Both the position numbers and the translations under genes were made by a program. A DNA stretch of 63,913 nucleotides, counting the filler, from Collodictyon triciliatum (Eukaryota), in NCBI GenBank assembly GCA_043381765.1. It is 30 parts of 30 records of this genome, joined end to end, with 100 filler letters (N's around TTAATTAATTAA, not from the genome) between each part and the next. Parts side by side here need not be neighbours in the genome. Positions count along the whole stretch, not along the records: positions 52,585 to 54,579 come from JBHJMP010009757.1; positions 54,680 to 56,674 come from JBHJMP010009758.1; positions 56,775 to 59,730 come from JBHJMP010009759.1; positions 59,831 to 61,822 come from JBHJMP010009760.1; positions 61,923 to 63,913 come from JBHJMP010009761.1; 25 more parts are not named here. One strand, 5' to 3'. This document shows, piece by piece, positions 54,191 to 63,913 of this stretch. The notes beneath the pieces were generated by a model. That model had not been told where the DNA came from, made no database searches, and worked only from the letters and a program-made list of their open reading frames with translations. The stretch's first letter is position 1. Each line of letters opens with the position of its first letter.

Positions 54191-57084
54191 GTATTGTTAC
54201 TGTCCCATAATCGCGTTTCTTTTTATATGTTTTCATAGTTATGTCTATTTTAAATATATATATAAAAAAAGTGAAATAAAAAAGTTCATTTGTCATTCTG
54301 GCTCTTATACTCATTTATGAAAAATGAACTCACGAAAAGTTCGATATTCAAGATTATTAGTAGTATTATTAGTAGTATTATTAGTAGTATTATTAGTAGT
54401 AGTATTAGTAGTATTATTAGTAGTATTATTAGTAGTATTATTAGTAGTATTATTAGTAGTAGTATTAGTAGTAGTATTAGTAGTAGTATTATTAGTAGTA
54501 TTATTAGTAGTATTATTAGTAGTATTATTAGTAGTATTATTAGTAGTATTATTAGTAGTATTATTAGTAGTATTATTAGNNNNNNNNNNNNNNNNNNNNN
54601 NNNNNNNNNNNNNNNNNNNNNNNTTAATTAATTAANNNNNNNNNNNNNNNNNNNNNNNNNNNNNNNNNNNNNNNNNNNNTTTGTTTGTTTGTTTGTTTGT
54701 TTGTTTGTTTGTTTGTTTGTTTGTTTGTTTGTTTGTTTGTTTGTTTGTTTGTTTGTTTGTTTGTTTGTTTGTTTGTTTGTTTGTTTGTTTGTTTGTTTGT
54801 GCCGTTGATTCGCTTGTCTCTTTACATCCTTATGCCTTCTCTACGCTTCCATGCTCAATCACCATGGAAATGAATGGAAATGATCTTTTCGACACTACTG
54901 ATGTTGCATTGTGAATTATCATTCGCATCTCTGCCCCATCACCCACAACACACGCATTGATTCCTGGCAGACGGCCATCCGCCCACAGCGCCCACATTAT
55001 TTGACATTTCGACAAACCACCCAATGGATGAGCGACACGACCATACAAATCATATTGCAATATAATGCGCAACACTCACATTTCTTATATATACCTTTTG
55101 CTAAGGGCATATACCTTGTCTCGCGTTGTGTATTTATACATCCTTGCAATTCTTCTCCTTTTTCGTACAATATTTTTTTACGAATTCGTATTTTATCTAT
55201 ATTGGGAGCAAGTTGCCCGCGTGCATATATATTGAACAAAGTCCAACAACTATATAGTGTTCAACGGCCTTGTATTGCTCCGCTTCGTGCGCTCGTGGGT
55301 GCTGCGCTTGTGTCTTCCACTCGTGTGCTCCGTGCCTCCGGGCTCTCTGGCGCAACAGACTTTTGCTATGGCTGTGGCTCATTATTCCAACCAACAAAAC
55401 AACCGCCTGATCGCGTCCTATTTTCTTCACATCGCTGTGCTCACGGCCGTCCTCAACGCACTTGCTCTCATTTGCTTCGCCCGTGCCAGTCAATGAAGGC
55501 TGAGCGAGTAAGTGCGAGAGGCTGCGCTGAATTCTCTTTCGTTTTCCGGGTTTATTCTCCGCGCCGTGCGCCCGCTGCGTGACGAATGTCCGTGCCTTTC
55601 ACACAGAGCCCTGGGCTTGACGTTTGTATTCCTTGAGTTATTTCTTTGTTTACTCTGCCCCCCGCCTTCGTGAAAAGCCCCTGCCATTTGCCCGCAGGCT
55701 CAAGTGTCGGCGTGCGCACGGGCGGTGCAAGAAAAGCACACTCGCTGCGGCTCAGAATCACAAGACATTCTCCAAAGCGCAGGGCGCCGCAAACAAAATA
55801 AAAACATACACAGCCTTTGATCCAGGCAGAGACCATAAAACACAGTCTCTCTCGTCTCAGACCCACACAAAAGCTCCGCTGTGAGCAACACAACAGCGTC
55901 GGTAGGTCACTAGTCGGTTCATCCTCGGGTACATCCAAGAAACAAACCCTAGAACAGCCCATACATCGCTTGCTTTTGGAGTCGCTGAGTGCGTGACATA
56001 AAAAAAAACACCGCAAGTTTCACTGCGAGAGAAGCTGCCGCCACAGACGAAGCACAGCGCCCACGCTTCTTAAAGTCCTCCGAGCATTTCGCCAGCGACA
56101 TGGCAGAACACAACAAAATAAAAAAAAGAAACGCCTTGAAGCAAAAAAGTCAGAGTAGCGATCACAAAGGGTTCTACTCTCTCTTTTCATCGAAACAAAC
56201 AAACCACCACATAAAAGAAATAAAAAAACAGTCTTGTGTGGAATATCTGCGTGCGGAGGCAAAAGAACAGGCTGCCCGCCTCCCAACCCTCCACTCCCAC
56301 ACAAACACCCACCCTCCTTGCTCTGGCCGACCCTGCACACGCCGCTCAACAAGAAGCACAGCAAGCACTGACCCTCAAACACTGGGCACACTCTCCCGAC
56401 ACCGATGCAGCCCTCCCCACAGGCAGCGATCCTTTCCACCGCAACCAACGCCATCTCGCTCGCACACTGGCGCACACCCACTGGCTGCAACATTCTCCCC
56501 AACAAAACACATTCTCTATATACTGTCCGCTTATAGATAAAACTGCACCACAACAAAAAAATTATTTTATCCATCTTGGGTGTATGGAGCATTCGTCCTG
56601 TTCGGTCTATTTCCGTGAATAGCGGTATCGTAGCGCTCCTGCTATCTTCACACCATGGCAATCAAAACACACACNNNNNNNNNNNNNNNNNNNNNNNNNN
56701 NNNNNNNNNNNNNNNNNNTTAATTAATTAANNNNNNNNNNNNNNNNNNNNNNNNNNNNNNNNNNNNNNNNNNNNAAGAAAGAAGAAGAAAGAAGAAGAAA
56801 GAAGAAGAAAGAAGAAGAAAGAAGAAGAAAGAAGAAGAAAGAAGAAGAAAGAAGAAGAAAGAAGAAGAAAGAAGAAGAAAGAAGAAGAAAGAAGAAGAAA
56901 GAAGAAGAAAGAAGAAGAAAGAAGAAGAAAGAAGAAGAAAGAAGAGAGAAAGAAAGACAGAAGAAAGAAGGGGAAAGTTGTTGGATTAAATTTGGTGTAA
57001 AGAAAAACTTGGAAATTATATTATCTATCCTCGAAATAAATTATTCCTAAGAATCCGATTGATAGGCAAGGTCTAGTTTAGTAC

Positions 57085-59242
57085 CTGGCACTCAAGTCCA
57101 AGCAACGAATGGATGTGTTTTGTTTGATAAGTTGGATTGGGAAGGGGTTGTTGATAAAAACTTTGAGAACCACTCCATTTTTAAGGCCTACAAGCAAACC
57201 TTCACGGTTTGGCTGCCCACCAATTACCTAAATAAGATTGAAAAACAAAGGAACGTGTTACACGTAGCATAGGAAACTAGTCAAGATGCGTTAGTGAAGC
57301 GGACGAATATATTTTATGTAACGATGTACTTTGATGTAGCGGATTTGTGATTCCATAGTCCATTCTCTTTCGCGTGTTCCTTGGAAATCAAAGAGTTGCA
57401 AAGTCTTTTCCTATGCGATGTGCGACTTTTGTGAGATTATACTATATCTCTATCTTTTTTTTCTATCTTTTTATATTGCGATAGGTAGGAACAAGTATCA
57501 CTTTGTACTAATAGGAAAATGTTTTTTTTTTTTGAATTAAGAGTGTGAATAGAGGCAGTTTCAAAAGCTTTTAATAATCATCAGATTTTCTACCTGGCAA
57601 AGAATAATATGATTGGACGTCACAACAAGGAGATTGCATTCCATCTTTTTCATAATCTTCTCGCGAACGCGGTAATGCAATTCTAGTGAAATTGACTGAA
57701 GGTTATAGCTTTTGAAGAAAAAATAAAAGACAGGAGAAAGTAGAGAAAGTAGAGAAAGTAGAGAAAGTAGAGAAAGTAGAGAAAGTAGAGAAAGTAGAGA
57801 AAGTAGAGAAAGTAGAGAAAGTAGAGAAAGTAGAGAAAGTAGAGAAAGTAGAGAAAGTAGAGAAAGTAGAGAAAGTAGAGAAAGTAGAGAAAGTAGAGAA
57901 AGTGGAGAAAGTGGAGAAAGTGGACAAAGGATAATTTGCTTAATACGAAAGAGACCAACCTCCAGCATCATCATGGAAAAGTTCATAAACGACCACCTTG
58001 TCCGGCATCTGGACTGCAAGTCTGTCTTTGAATATTGCTATTTTCTTCACGTAATCTCGGCATTTAATACGGAGCTAAGGACATACATCTCGGTCAAATA
58101 AGGGTATGATTTATTTTTTTATTCTTTAAAAAAGCAACATGATTTAAATTTTGGCTTTTGGAGATTACCTTTTGTTCGGTGAGTAGATGTTGGACTATTA
58201 CATCGGTCATAAAATCACGATAGGCGTAGCGATCCTGCAAAGGTCCATAATATTACTTCAATGATTTGAATGACTCGAGTGAGAATGTTGTCGACTCAAA
58301 TTAAGCAGAAAGTAAAGGTGAAATAAAAGGGGATGTTTTGTTCATATCTTAGAGAACATATTGTTTTTATTTTGGCAGAGAAAATGAAACTATGATTAGT
58401 GGGCATAAAAACCTGGTAAAGTCCATGGACAGTACTGAAAATAAGTTGGTACATGGATATCGAGCCGTCATTGCATCCAATCGCCTATTTCCCAGTGCAG
58501 TTGGTCGTATAAGAAAAGTAGATGTGCATTTCTTGAAACGAAATGAATCATTAAGAATATATGTTCAGGAACTCGAGGCGGAGATTCAACGAGGGAAGCG
58601 TTGAGGTCCTTCCATTGAATTGGGCGTTGCCATTCTACTTACGACATAGTTCTGCTTCGGCTTCGGCTTACAAGCCCAGACCCAATCTTCGCGCTCACCA
58701 ATGTGGGTTAATTTGACCCCTTCTTTTGTCCATAAAGATACCTGTATATTTCGCTCAGTCAGGAACAAAGTCTTCCAATCAAATACTTCTCAGTCAAAAA
58801 AATAATCAAAATTAACTTCAGTCCTCGTTACTGAAGAGAAAGAAGAGATAAAAATCATGATGGAATGATTAACTCCAAGTACAATATAAAAGGTGAGCAA
58901 GGGTCTATCTGGCGCACATGGAATGGGATTAATCACCTTTCGGTCCGACCCACCGATGCATAGATATTCTCCATTTACAAAGTAGCCGATGGAGCACGGG
59001 TCGAAGCCGAGTTCGCGGTCTTTGCCTACCTGACGCCCATTGAGCTGATAGAAGGAGAGCTTCTGGTCCCAATCACCAACAGCCAAAAGGTCGTACGGCT
59101 CGTCTCTCGACGGATTCCATGCGATGCACCATACAGGTGCGTTTCGCTCAATGCGGACGCGTTCGTCTCCGTTTTTGTCGCGGATACTCACATTCCCGTT
59201 GTAGTGCCCAAGAGCGAGGAACTGTCCATCATTTGTCCAACT
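57085..59242 (-). CDS. IFT122: Internal part of intraflagellar transport protein 122
   Basis: [117 protein letters not shown]. Confidence 0.97.
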
Positions 59243-59261
59243 ATTAAATGAGTTGCATCAG

Positions 59262-59730
59262 AAGAGGAAACAAGAGGAAACAAGAGGAAACAAGAGGAAA
59301 CAAGAGGAAACAAGAGGAAACAAGAGGAAACAAGAGAAAACAAGAGAAAACAAGAGAAAACAAGAGAAAACAAGAGAAAACAAGAGAAAACAAGAGAAAA
59401 CAAGAGAAAACAAGAGAAAACGAGAGAAAAAAGGAAAACAAGAGAAAACAAGAGGAAACAAGAGAAAACAAGAGGAAACAAGAGAAAACAAGAGGAAACA
59501 AGAGAAAACAAGAGAAAACAAGAGGAAACAAGAGAAAACAAGAGAAAACAAGAGAAAACGAGAGGAAACAAGAGGAAACAAGAGGAAACAAGAGAAAACA
59601 AGAGAAAACGAGAGAAAACGAGAGAAAACGAGAGAAAACAAGAGAAAACAAGAGAAAACAAGAGAAAACAAGAGAAAACAAGAGAAAACAAGAGAAAACA
59701 AGAGAAAACAAGAGAAAACAAGAGAAAACA
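59262..59730. repeat. 10-bp minisatellite (AAACAAGAG(A/G))n, probably intronic in IFT122; representative of the simple repeats that end most contigs
   Basis: Directly visible tandem repeat. Others include (AAT)n at 4220, (ACAGAA)n at 14570, (TTCC)n at 46684 and (AGAGAAAGT)n at 57734. Confidence 0.95.
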
Positions 59731-59896
59731 NNNNNNNNNNNNNNNNNNNNNNNNNNNNNNNNNNNNNNNNNNNNTTAATTAATTAANNNNNNNNNNNNNN
59801 NNNNNNNNNNNNNNNNNNNNNNNNNNNNNNATGAACCAGAACTTGGTACAAGTTACAGACAATCAACAAATCCATACTTGAATCAACTTGTAAGAT

Positions 59897-59931
59897 TTAA
59901 ATAATTATTTTTTTATAAAACAATTATTTAA
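59897..59931. terminator. AT-rich hairpin between the MCP stop and a convergent stop codon
   Basis: TTAAATAATT (59897-59906) pairs with AATTATTTAA (59922-59931), then one mismatch, TTTT/AAAA and a 5-nt loop. Confidence 0.5.
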
Positions 59932-61664
59932 TAAAGAACTTGGGCGTTGTCCTTTCCAACGTCGAGAATACGTGTGTGCTCGATGATGACCCAGCAGGTG
60001 TAGTTATCAATAGGTGATACACTTGAAACAGCTGCAGATGCAGCAGCAGCATCGGCAGCGGTAACAGATTTACCCTCTTTACAAGATGCACCAAACTGAA
60101 GGCCGACCTGGACGATACCTGAATTTGATGATGCGTTATATCCTGACAACTCAAATTCGTCTGAGTAATCTGATCGGGTCATAGTCCAACCAAGCGCAAA
60201 ATATGTCGGAGTTTTCCAATAAATCTCCTCACAAACAAGTGGATTATTATTTCCGTTTGCAATAGCTCCAGTTGCCATAGCAGCATTAACAAGCATATTA
60301 TTATAAACTGCTTTATTACTTGCATAAAACGCACCAGCACCCGATTTTTGTACAGAATATACACCATTGGTTATACTTGGAGCTGATTCAACAACTGGGA
60401 AATTTACCTGGCCAAGCATTTCTGCGGATGTGTTATATCCCAATGCTTTCATTAAATAATTAAGAGCTTCTGGCTGTTGACACAATGCTTGTCCATGAAT
60501 CCCACTTGTTAAAAGGCCATTTGAAGTTGAAATAGTTTGAGCTGCTGATGGATATGTTAAATATCCTGGATTTTGAAAAAGTATAGGTACAGATGGCATA
60601 ACTTTACCATTTACAGTCAGTCTTGCTTGTGATAAACCCTCGATCGCATGCATTCTATCCGTTCCAAGATAATTAAGATTACCCTGCTCTGTATTTCGTG
60701 TAAAAATAAGATAAATACTGTTAATGTTTGAGTACTGAACCGAAATATTCTGAGTAACCCATCCATTTTGTCCTCGTGGAATTGGGAATTGGGTCATAAA
60801 ATAAGTTTCAATTGGAATCTGTAAATTATTATTTATTAAATATTGGGAAAGTGCATTATTATAACTGGGTTCAGTTTGAATATAATTAATATTCATGTGG
60901 ATGTTTGAAAGTGTATAACTCAATGTAGTTGCAGTAGAAGCAAGAAATGAATCATAAGTATAATTTGCATTTTGCGCACAAAATAACCTACCGGTCGTGA
61001 AGCACTCAGCCGCTGGTGACATCCAAATACGAATTTCCAATGAATTGGGACCTAGTAAATAAGCAGGCAATAAAGTTTTTATATTCATTAATCCAAGATA
61101 TCTAAGTGGAAAACCGATTTGTATAATATTACTTGATGTACCAGCCGCACCAACAAGCAACTGTTTTGATTTATCTAAAATAGACTGACCTAGTCCCATT
61201 CCACCACTCATAAGATTCACCCAATTCTGATTATTACACCAATTGTGCTTAAACGACTCGAGGTATGAATAGTTGTCGATTCTTTCCAATTCACTTCCAT
61301 TTAAGTAGACGGCAATGCGATAAATAAAACTTTCGTAACTTTCACAAGGCGCCAAAATTGGTATAGTTCTTGCGGCATCATTACCAGCAGTTGAAAAATT
61401 GGTGTTTTTTAAATTTCCAATAGCTGCAATTACATTTGCATCAAGTCCCTTAACTTGCAAATCAGCTATGATATGAGCACTGTCCATTTGAATGCTCCAT
61501 TCATTGTCGATTGGAACCCTAAATACAATTTGAGGACCAGATGAAAAATTTGCAGTTTGCTCGGTTCCGTTTGACGGAAGAACTTGTCTTTGTTGTTTTT
61601 CAAGAATAGTTTTCTTTTTTGACGATACATTTCTAAACTGTAGCTCCTCCGGTAGTGAATCCAT
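59928..61664 (-). CDS. Putative double-jelly-roll major capsid protein of a Polinton-like virus/virophage-related element
   Basis: Intronless 578-aa beta-rich ORF: PSNG..FSSGPQIVFRVP; SFIYRIAVYLNGSELERIDNY; LLPAYLLG..LEIRIWMS; YTLSNIHMNINYIQ; LQIPIETY; ISVQYSNINSIYLIF; LTVNGK..P; C-terminal HTRILDV. This layout is typical of PLV MCPs. Confidence 0.8.
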   Translation of the reverse strand: MDSLPEELQFRNVSSKKKTILEKQQRQVLPSNGTEQTANFSSGPQIVFRVPIDNEWSIQMDSAHIIADLQVKGLDANVIAAIGNLKNTNFSTAGNDAARTIPILAPCESYESFIYRIAVYLNGSELERIDNYSYLESFKHNWCNNQNWVNLMSGGMGLGQSILDKSKQLLVGAAGTSSNIIQIGFPLRYLGLMNIKTLLPAYLLGPNSLEIRIWMSPAAECFTTGRLFCAQNANYTYDSFLASTATTLSYTLSNIHMNINYIQTEPSYNNALSQYLINNNLQIPIETYFMTQFPIPRGQNGWVTQNISVQYSNINSIYLIFTRNTEQGNLNYLGTDRMHAIEGLSQARLTVNGKVMPSVPILFQNPGYLTYPSAAQTISTSNGLLTSGIHGQALCQQPEALNYLMKALGYNTSAEMLGQVNFPVVESAPSITNGVYSVQKSGAGAFYASNKAVYNNMLVNAAMATGAIANGNNNPLVCEEIYWKTPTYFALGWTMTRSDYSDEFELSGYNASSNSGIVQVGLQFGASCKEGKSVTAADAAAASAAVSSVSPIDNYTCWVIIEHTRILDVGKDNAQVLY

Positions 61665-62879
61665 ATTCTAAAAAAGAAAATAATTTTCTAACTAGTAACC
61701 AATTTTATTTCTGATATTGTCGTCGTATGATTTTATGACTTTTCCCAGGGATTCGTTTCGTTGTGCAGCTCCGCGAATTACAGGCGCGTATTTATTTACT
61801 TGGTCAACACCTTTTTTAAATTNNNNNNNNNNNNNNNNNNNNNNNNNNNNNNNNNNNNNNNNNNNNTTAATTAATTAANNNNNNNNNNNNNNNNNNNNNN
61901 NNNNNNNNNNNNNNNNNNNNNNTTCAGGATGTGATTGCCAGCTTTTGGCAAGGAACTCGGCGGAGCGGGCAATGAAAGACATTTCTAGTGACGAAGACTC
62001 TTTGGTTACGAGTTGCCCGTTCGCAAACACCTTTTCCAGCTGCGTCTCTTGCCTCACACACAAGCGAAAACCATCACAACACGATCCGGCCGGTCTTGCT
62101 GATTATTGCAAACTCGCAGCGATGAAGAAAAAGGTATCTACTTCTGGAATTTATTTTCTTGTTTAGTTTACATCCATTCGCAAGACAAAGCTTCATAACC
62201 AAATCTTTATTATGCGTTAGAATCCGCTCGGTTCCTGCACATCATCCCCTCGCAGAATTCCTTACCACACGCGCAGCTCGGCTGGCCAAGGCTCACATCA
62301 ACAGGGCTGAATCCAAATGCTGATGCGGGATTGTAAGACTCTGTGTAGCCGCGGAATCTTCCAAAGTACGGGTCGGAGGGGAACGAATGCGATGACTCGA
62401 AATGAGAAGAGTGGAACTGGTTCGTCTGACCTGTTTGTGCGCCGCACAAGTCGTTGTCTCTGTGGGTATCATCGGGTAATTGTGGGAAAATCAATTGAAC
62501 GAGGGTTTTTACAGGCGACATCAGGCTCTTGAAATCACTCTGTTTGTACGTATTGGTTAGTTATTTCATATATATATATATAATGAACGAAGGGCACATA
62601 CCTTTTCCTTTCCTTATGAAAAAAAAAACAGACGCGAAAAAAACCAAAAACTAAATAATAATCAGCAAAAAATAATAAAAATAAAATAATCTATTGGTAT
62701 AGAGTATGGTTTGTACCTCTTTCAAGGTAAATTCGAAGAAATATATCACGGCCAGGAAGAAAAAACACTAATTGATAAGGTTCGTTCACCTTTCGCCGAG
62801 ACATCTACGACCACCACGGACTCACTCCGTTCTCGATTCATTCGCTATTGACAAAAGCACTCAGCGCACCCAAATATCC

Positions 62880-63913
62880 TCCATGCCTTAGGAGCAGTGG
62901 GGAGAAACACTGGGCATCACCCACACCCCGCTCACTGCAAGCTGAACACAAGCACGAACCCTGCAAGTCCTTCCAAATCACCGCTCTCTAATGCATAATA
63001 TCACCAATAGGGAGCTATGGATAGGCACACACGCGGCAAAAGCTGGCAAAGTCTCCCAACAATCCACACTTTGCAGTAACAGTGATGAATCCATTGAGCA
63101 CACATTTGTGCAATGTCCCTTCGCTCAAAACCTGCGCGAAACAGCCGGTGAGATTCTTCGACTGACAATCAAGACGGCTGCGGCTGTTGTTCCAATCCAG
63201 GCGATATTTGGGCCTCTGCAACAGCTGCGTCCAGATGCAAAAACATTCTGGGCAGTGACGCGAGGCCATTTGTTATGGACTATGCGGATAACACGCATAT
63301 ACTCACACAAAACAAGACTCAACAATCAGCCACTCATTCCAGATAATGGCTGAATGACATCATACAAATCTCTGTCCTCAATGACTCCCTTCGCCACCAG
63401 CGCGTTCTCTATTTCTCAGACCCTGTGAGAAGATACATGTGGAAAGAAGCTGAGAAAGATATTAAACCTCGCCTTGCATCTCTCATACAAGCACAAGACC
63501 CAGGCTAAATGCCAAAGCGCATGATGCAATTCCTGATAACCGACTACTTCTCCGCCACCCAGCCGACAAGTAGCGTCCACGCAAACGATGGCTAGCGAAC
63601 CAAAGCCAGCATCTCTACCATCCTGCGCAAAATTGAAAATAAGAATAAAAAGAAAGAGGCTGAAGGAGCTGAAAGACATCTGCCGCAACTTCATAACTAA
63701 AGAATCAAAATTAAAAGCTGGAAGCAAGCCCGTATACCTCAGTTACCCCCGAAACACCGCGCCCTACTGCTCAATATCTCCAACAGAGAGCTGTGGATAG
63801 GTGCGTGTGTAGCCCATGCAGCAACGACCTCTCCAGAATGCACCATGTGCCATAGTGGAGATGACTCTATCGAACACACATTTGTGAAGTGCTCTCTTGC
63901 TCAAAAAGTGACA
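62880..63913 (+). mobile_element. Two decayed non-LTR retrotransposon ORF2 C-terminal (zf-RVT, CCHC) fragments
   Basis: NRELWIG..STLCSNSDESIEHTFVQCPFAQ..LLWTMRITR (62991-63353) and a second NRELWIG..CTMCHSGDDSIEHTFVKCSLAQ (63782-63913), with stops and frameshifts. Confidence 0.8.

Noticed and set aside
54800-56674. GC-richer contig with many overlapping ORFs
   Set aside because: No recognisable motif or consistent exon chain; left uncalled, as were contigs 14767-16771, 25288-27290, 31595-33596 and 42098-44095.
59188-59786. Long low-complexity ORFs (FSLVFSC..., KRKQEKTREN...) and similar poly-I/L/F ORFs elsewhere
   Set aside because: They are translations of micro- and minisatellites.

Overview
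The window is not contiguous DNA. It is 30 unrelated contigs of about 2 kb (one about 3 kb), joined by 29 artificial N-TTAATTAATTAA-N spacers, so neighbourhood across spacers means nothing. The source is an AT-rich, intron-rich (GT-AG), microsatellite-rich eukaryote, most likely a flagellated microbe (IFT122 and CCDC151/ODAD3 are present). Recognisable host genes, mostly partial: ChaC, DPM2, DCTN5, IFT122, CCDC151, TSC2, SMARCAL1-like, RNF213-like, an M20 peptidase, an enoyl-CoA isomerase, EF-hand, Kelch, formin, a CAR/GCR1-like GPCR, a PDE-like protein and a Kv channel. The most interesting items are: (i) an intact, intronless 578-aa Polinton-like-virus/virophage-type major capsid gene with a Mimivirus/Sputnik-style AT-rich hairpin at its 3' end; (ii) a decayed Fanzor1 RNA-guided nuclease gene followed by a three-stem-loop candidate omegaRNA and a candidate element end; (iii) a TPR-pentapeptide-WD40 protein and a WD40-SEL1 protein sharing one 135-bp WD40 unit that varies mainly at a few codons; (iv) a tandem two-repeat Kv channel; (v) an LRR plus NEURL4-type ADP-ribosyltransferase; (vi) a PDE that has lost its metal ligands. 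All calls are from motif recognition by eye, and exon boundaries are hand-inferred.
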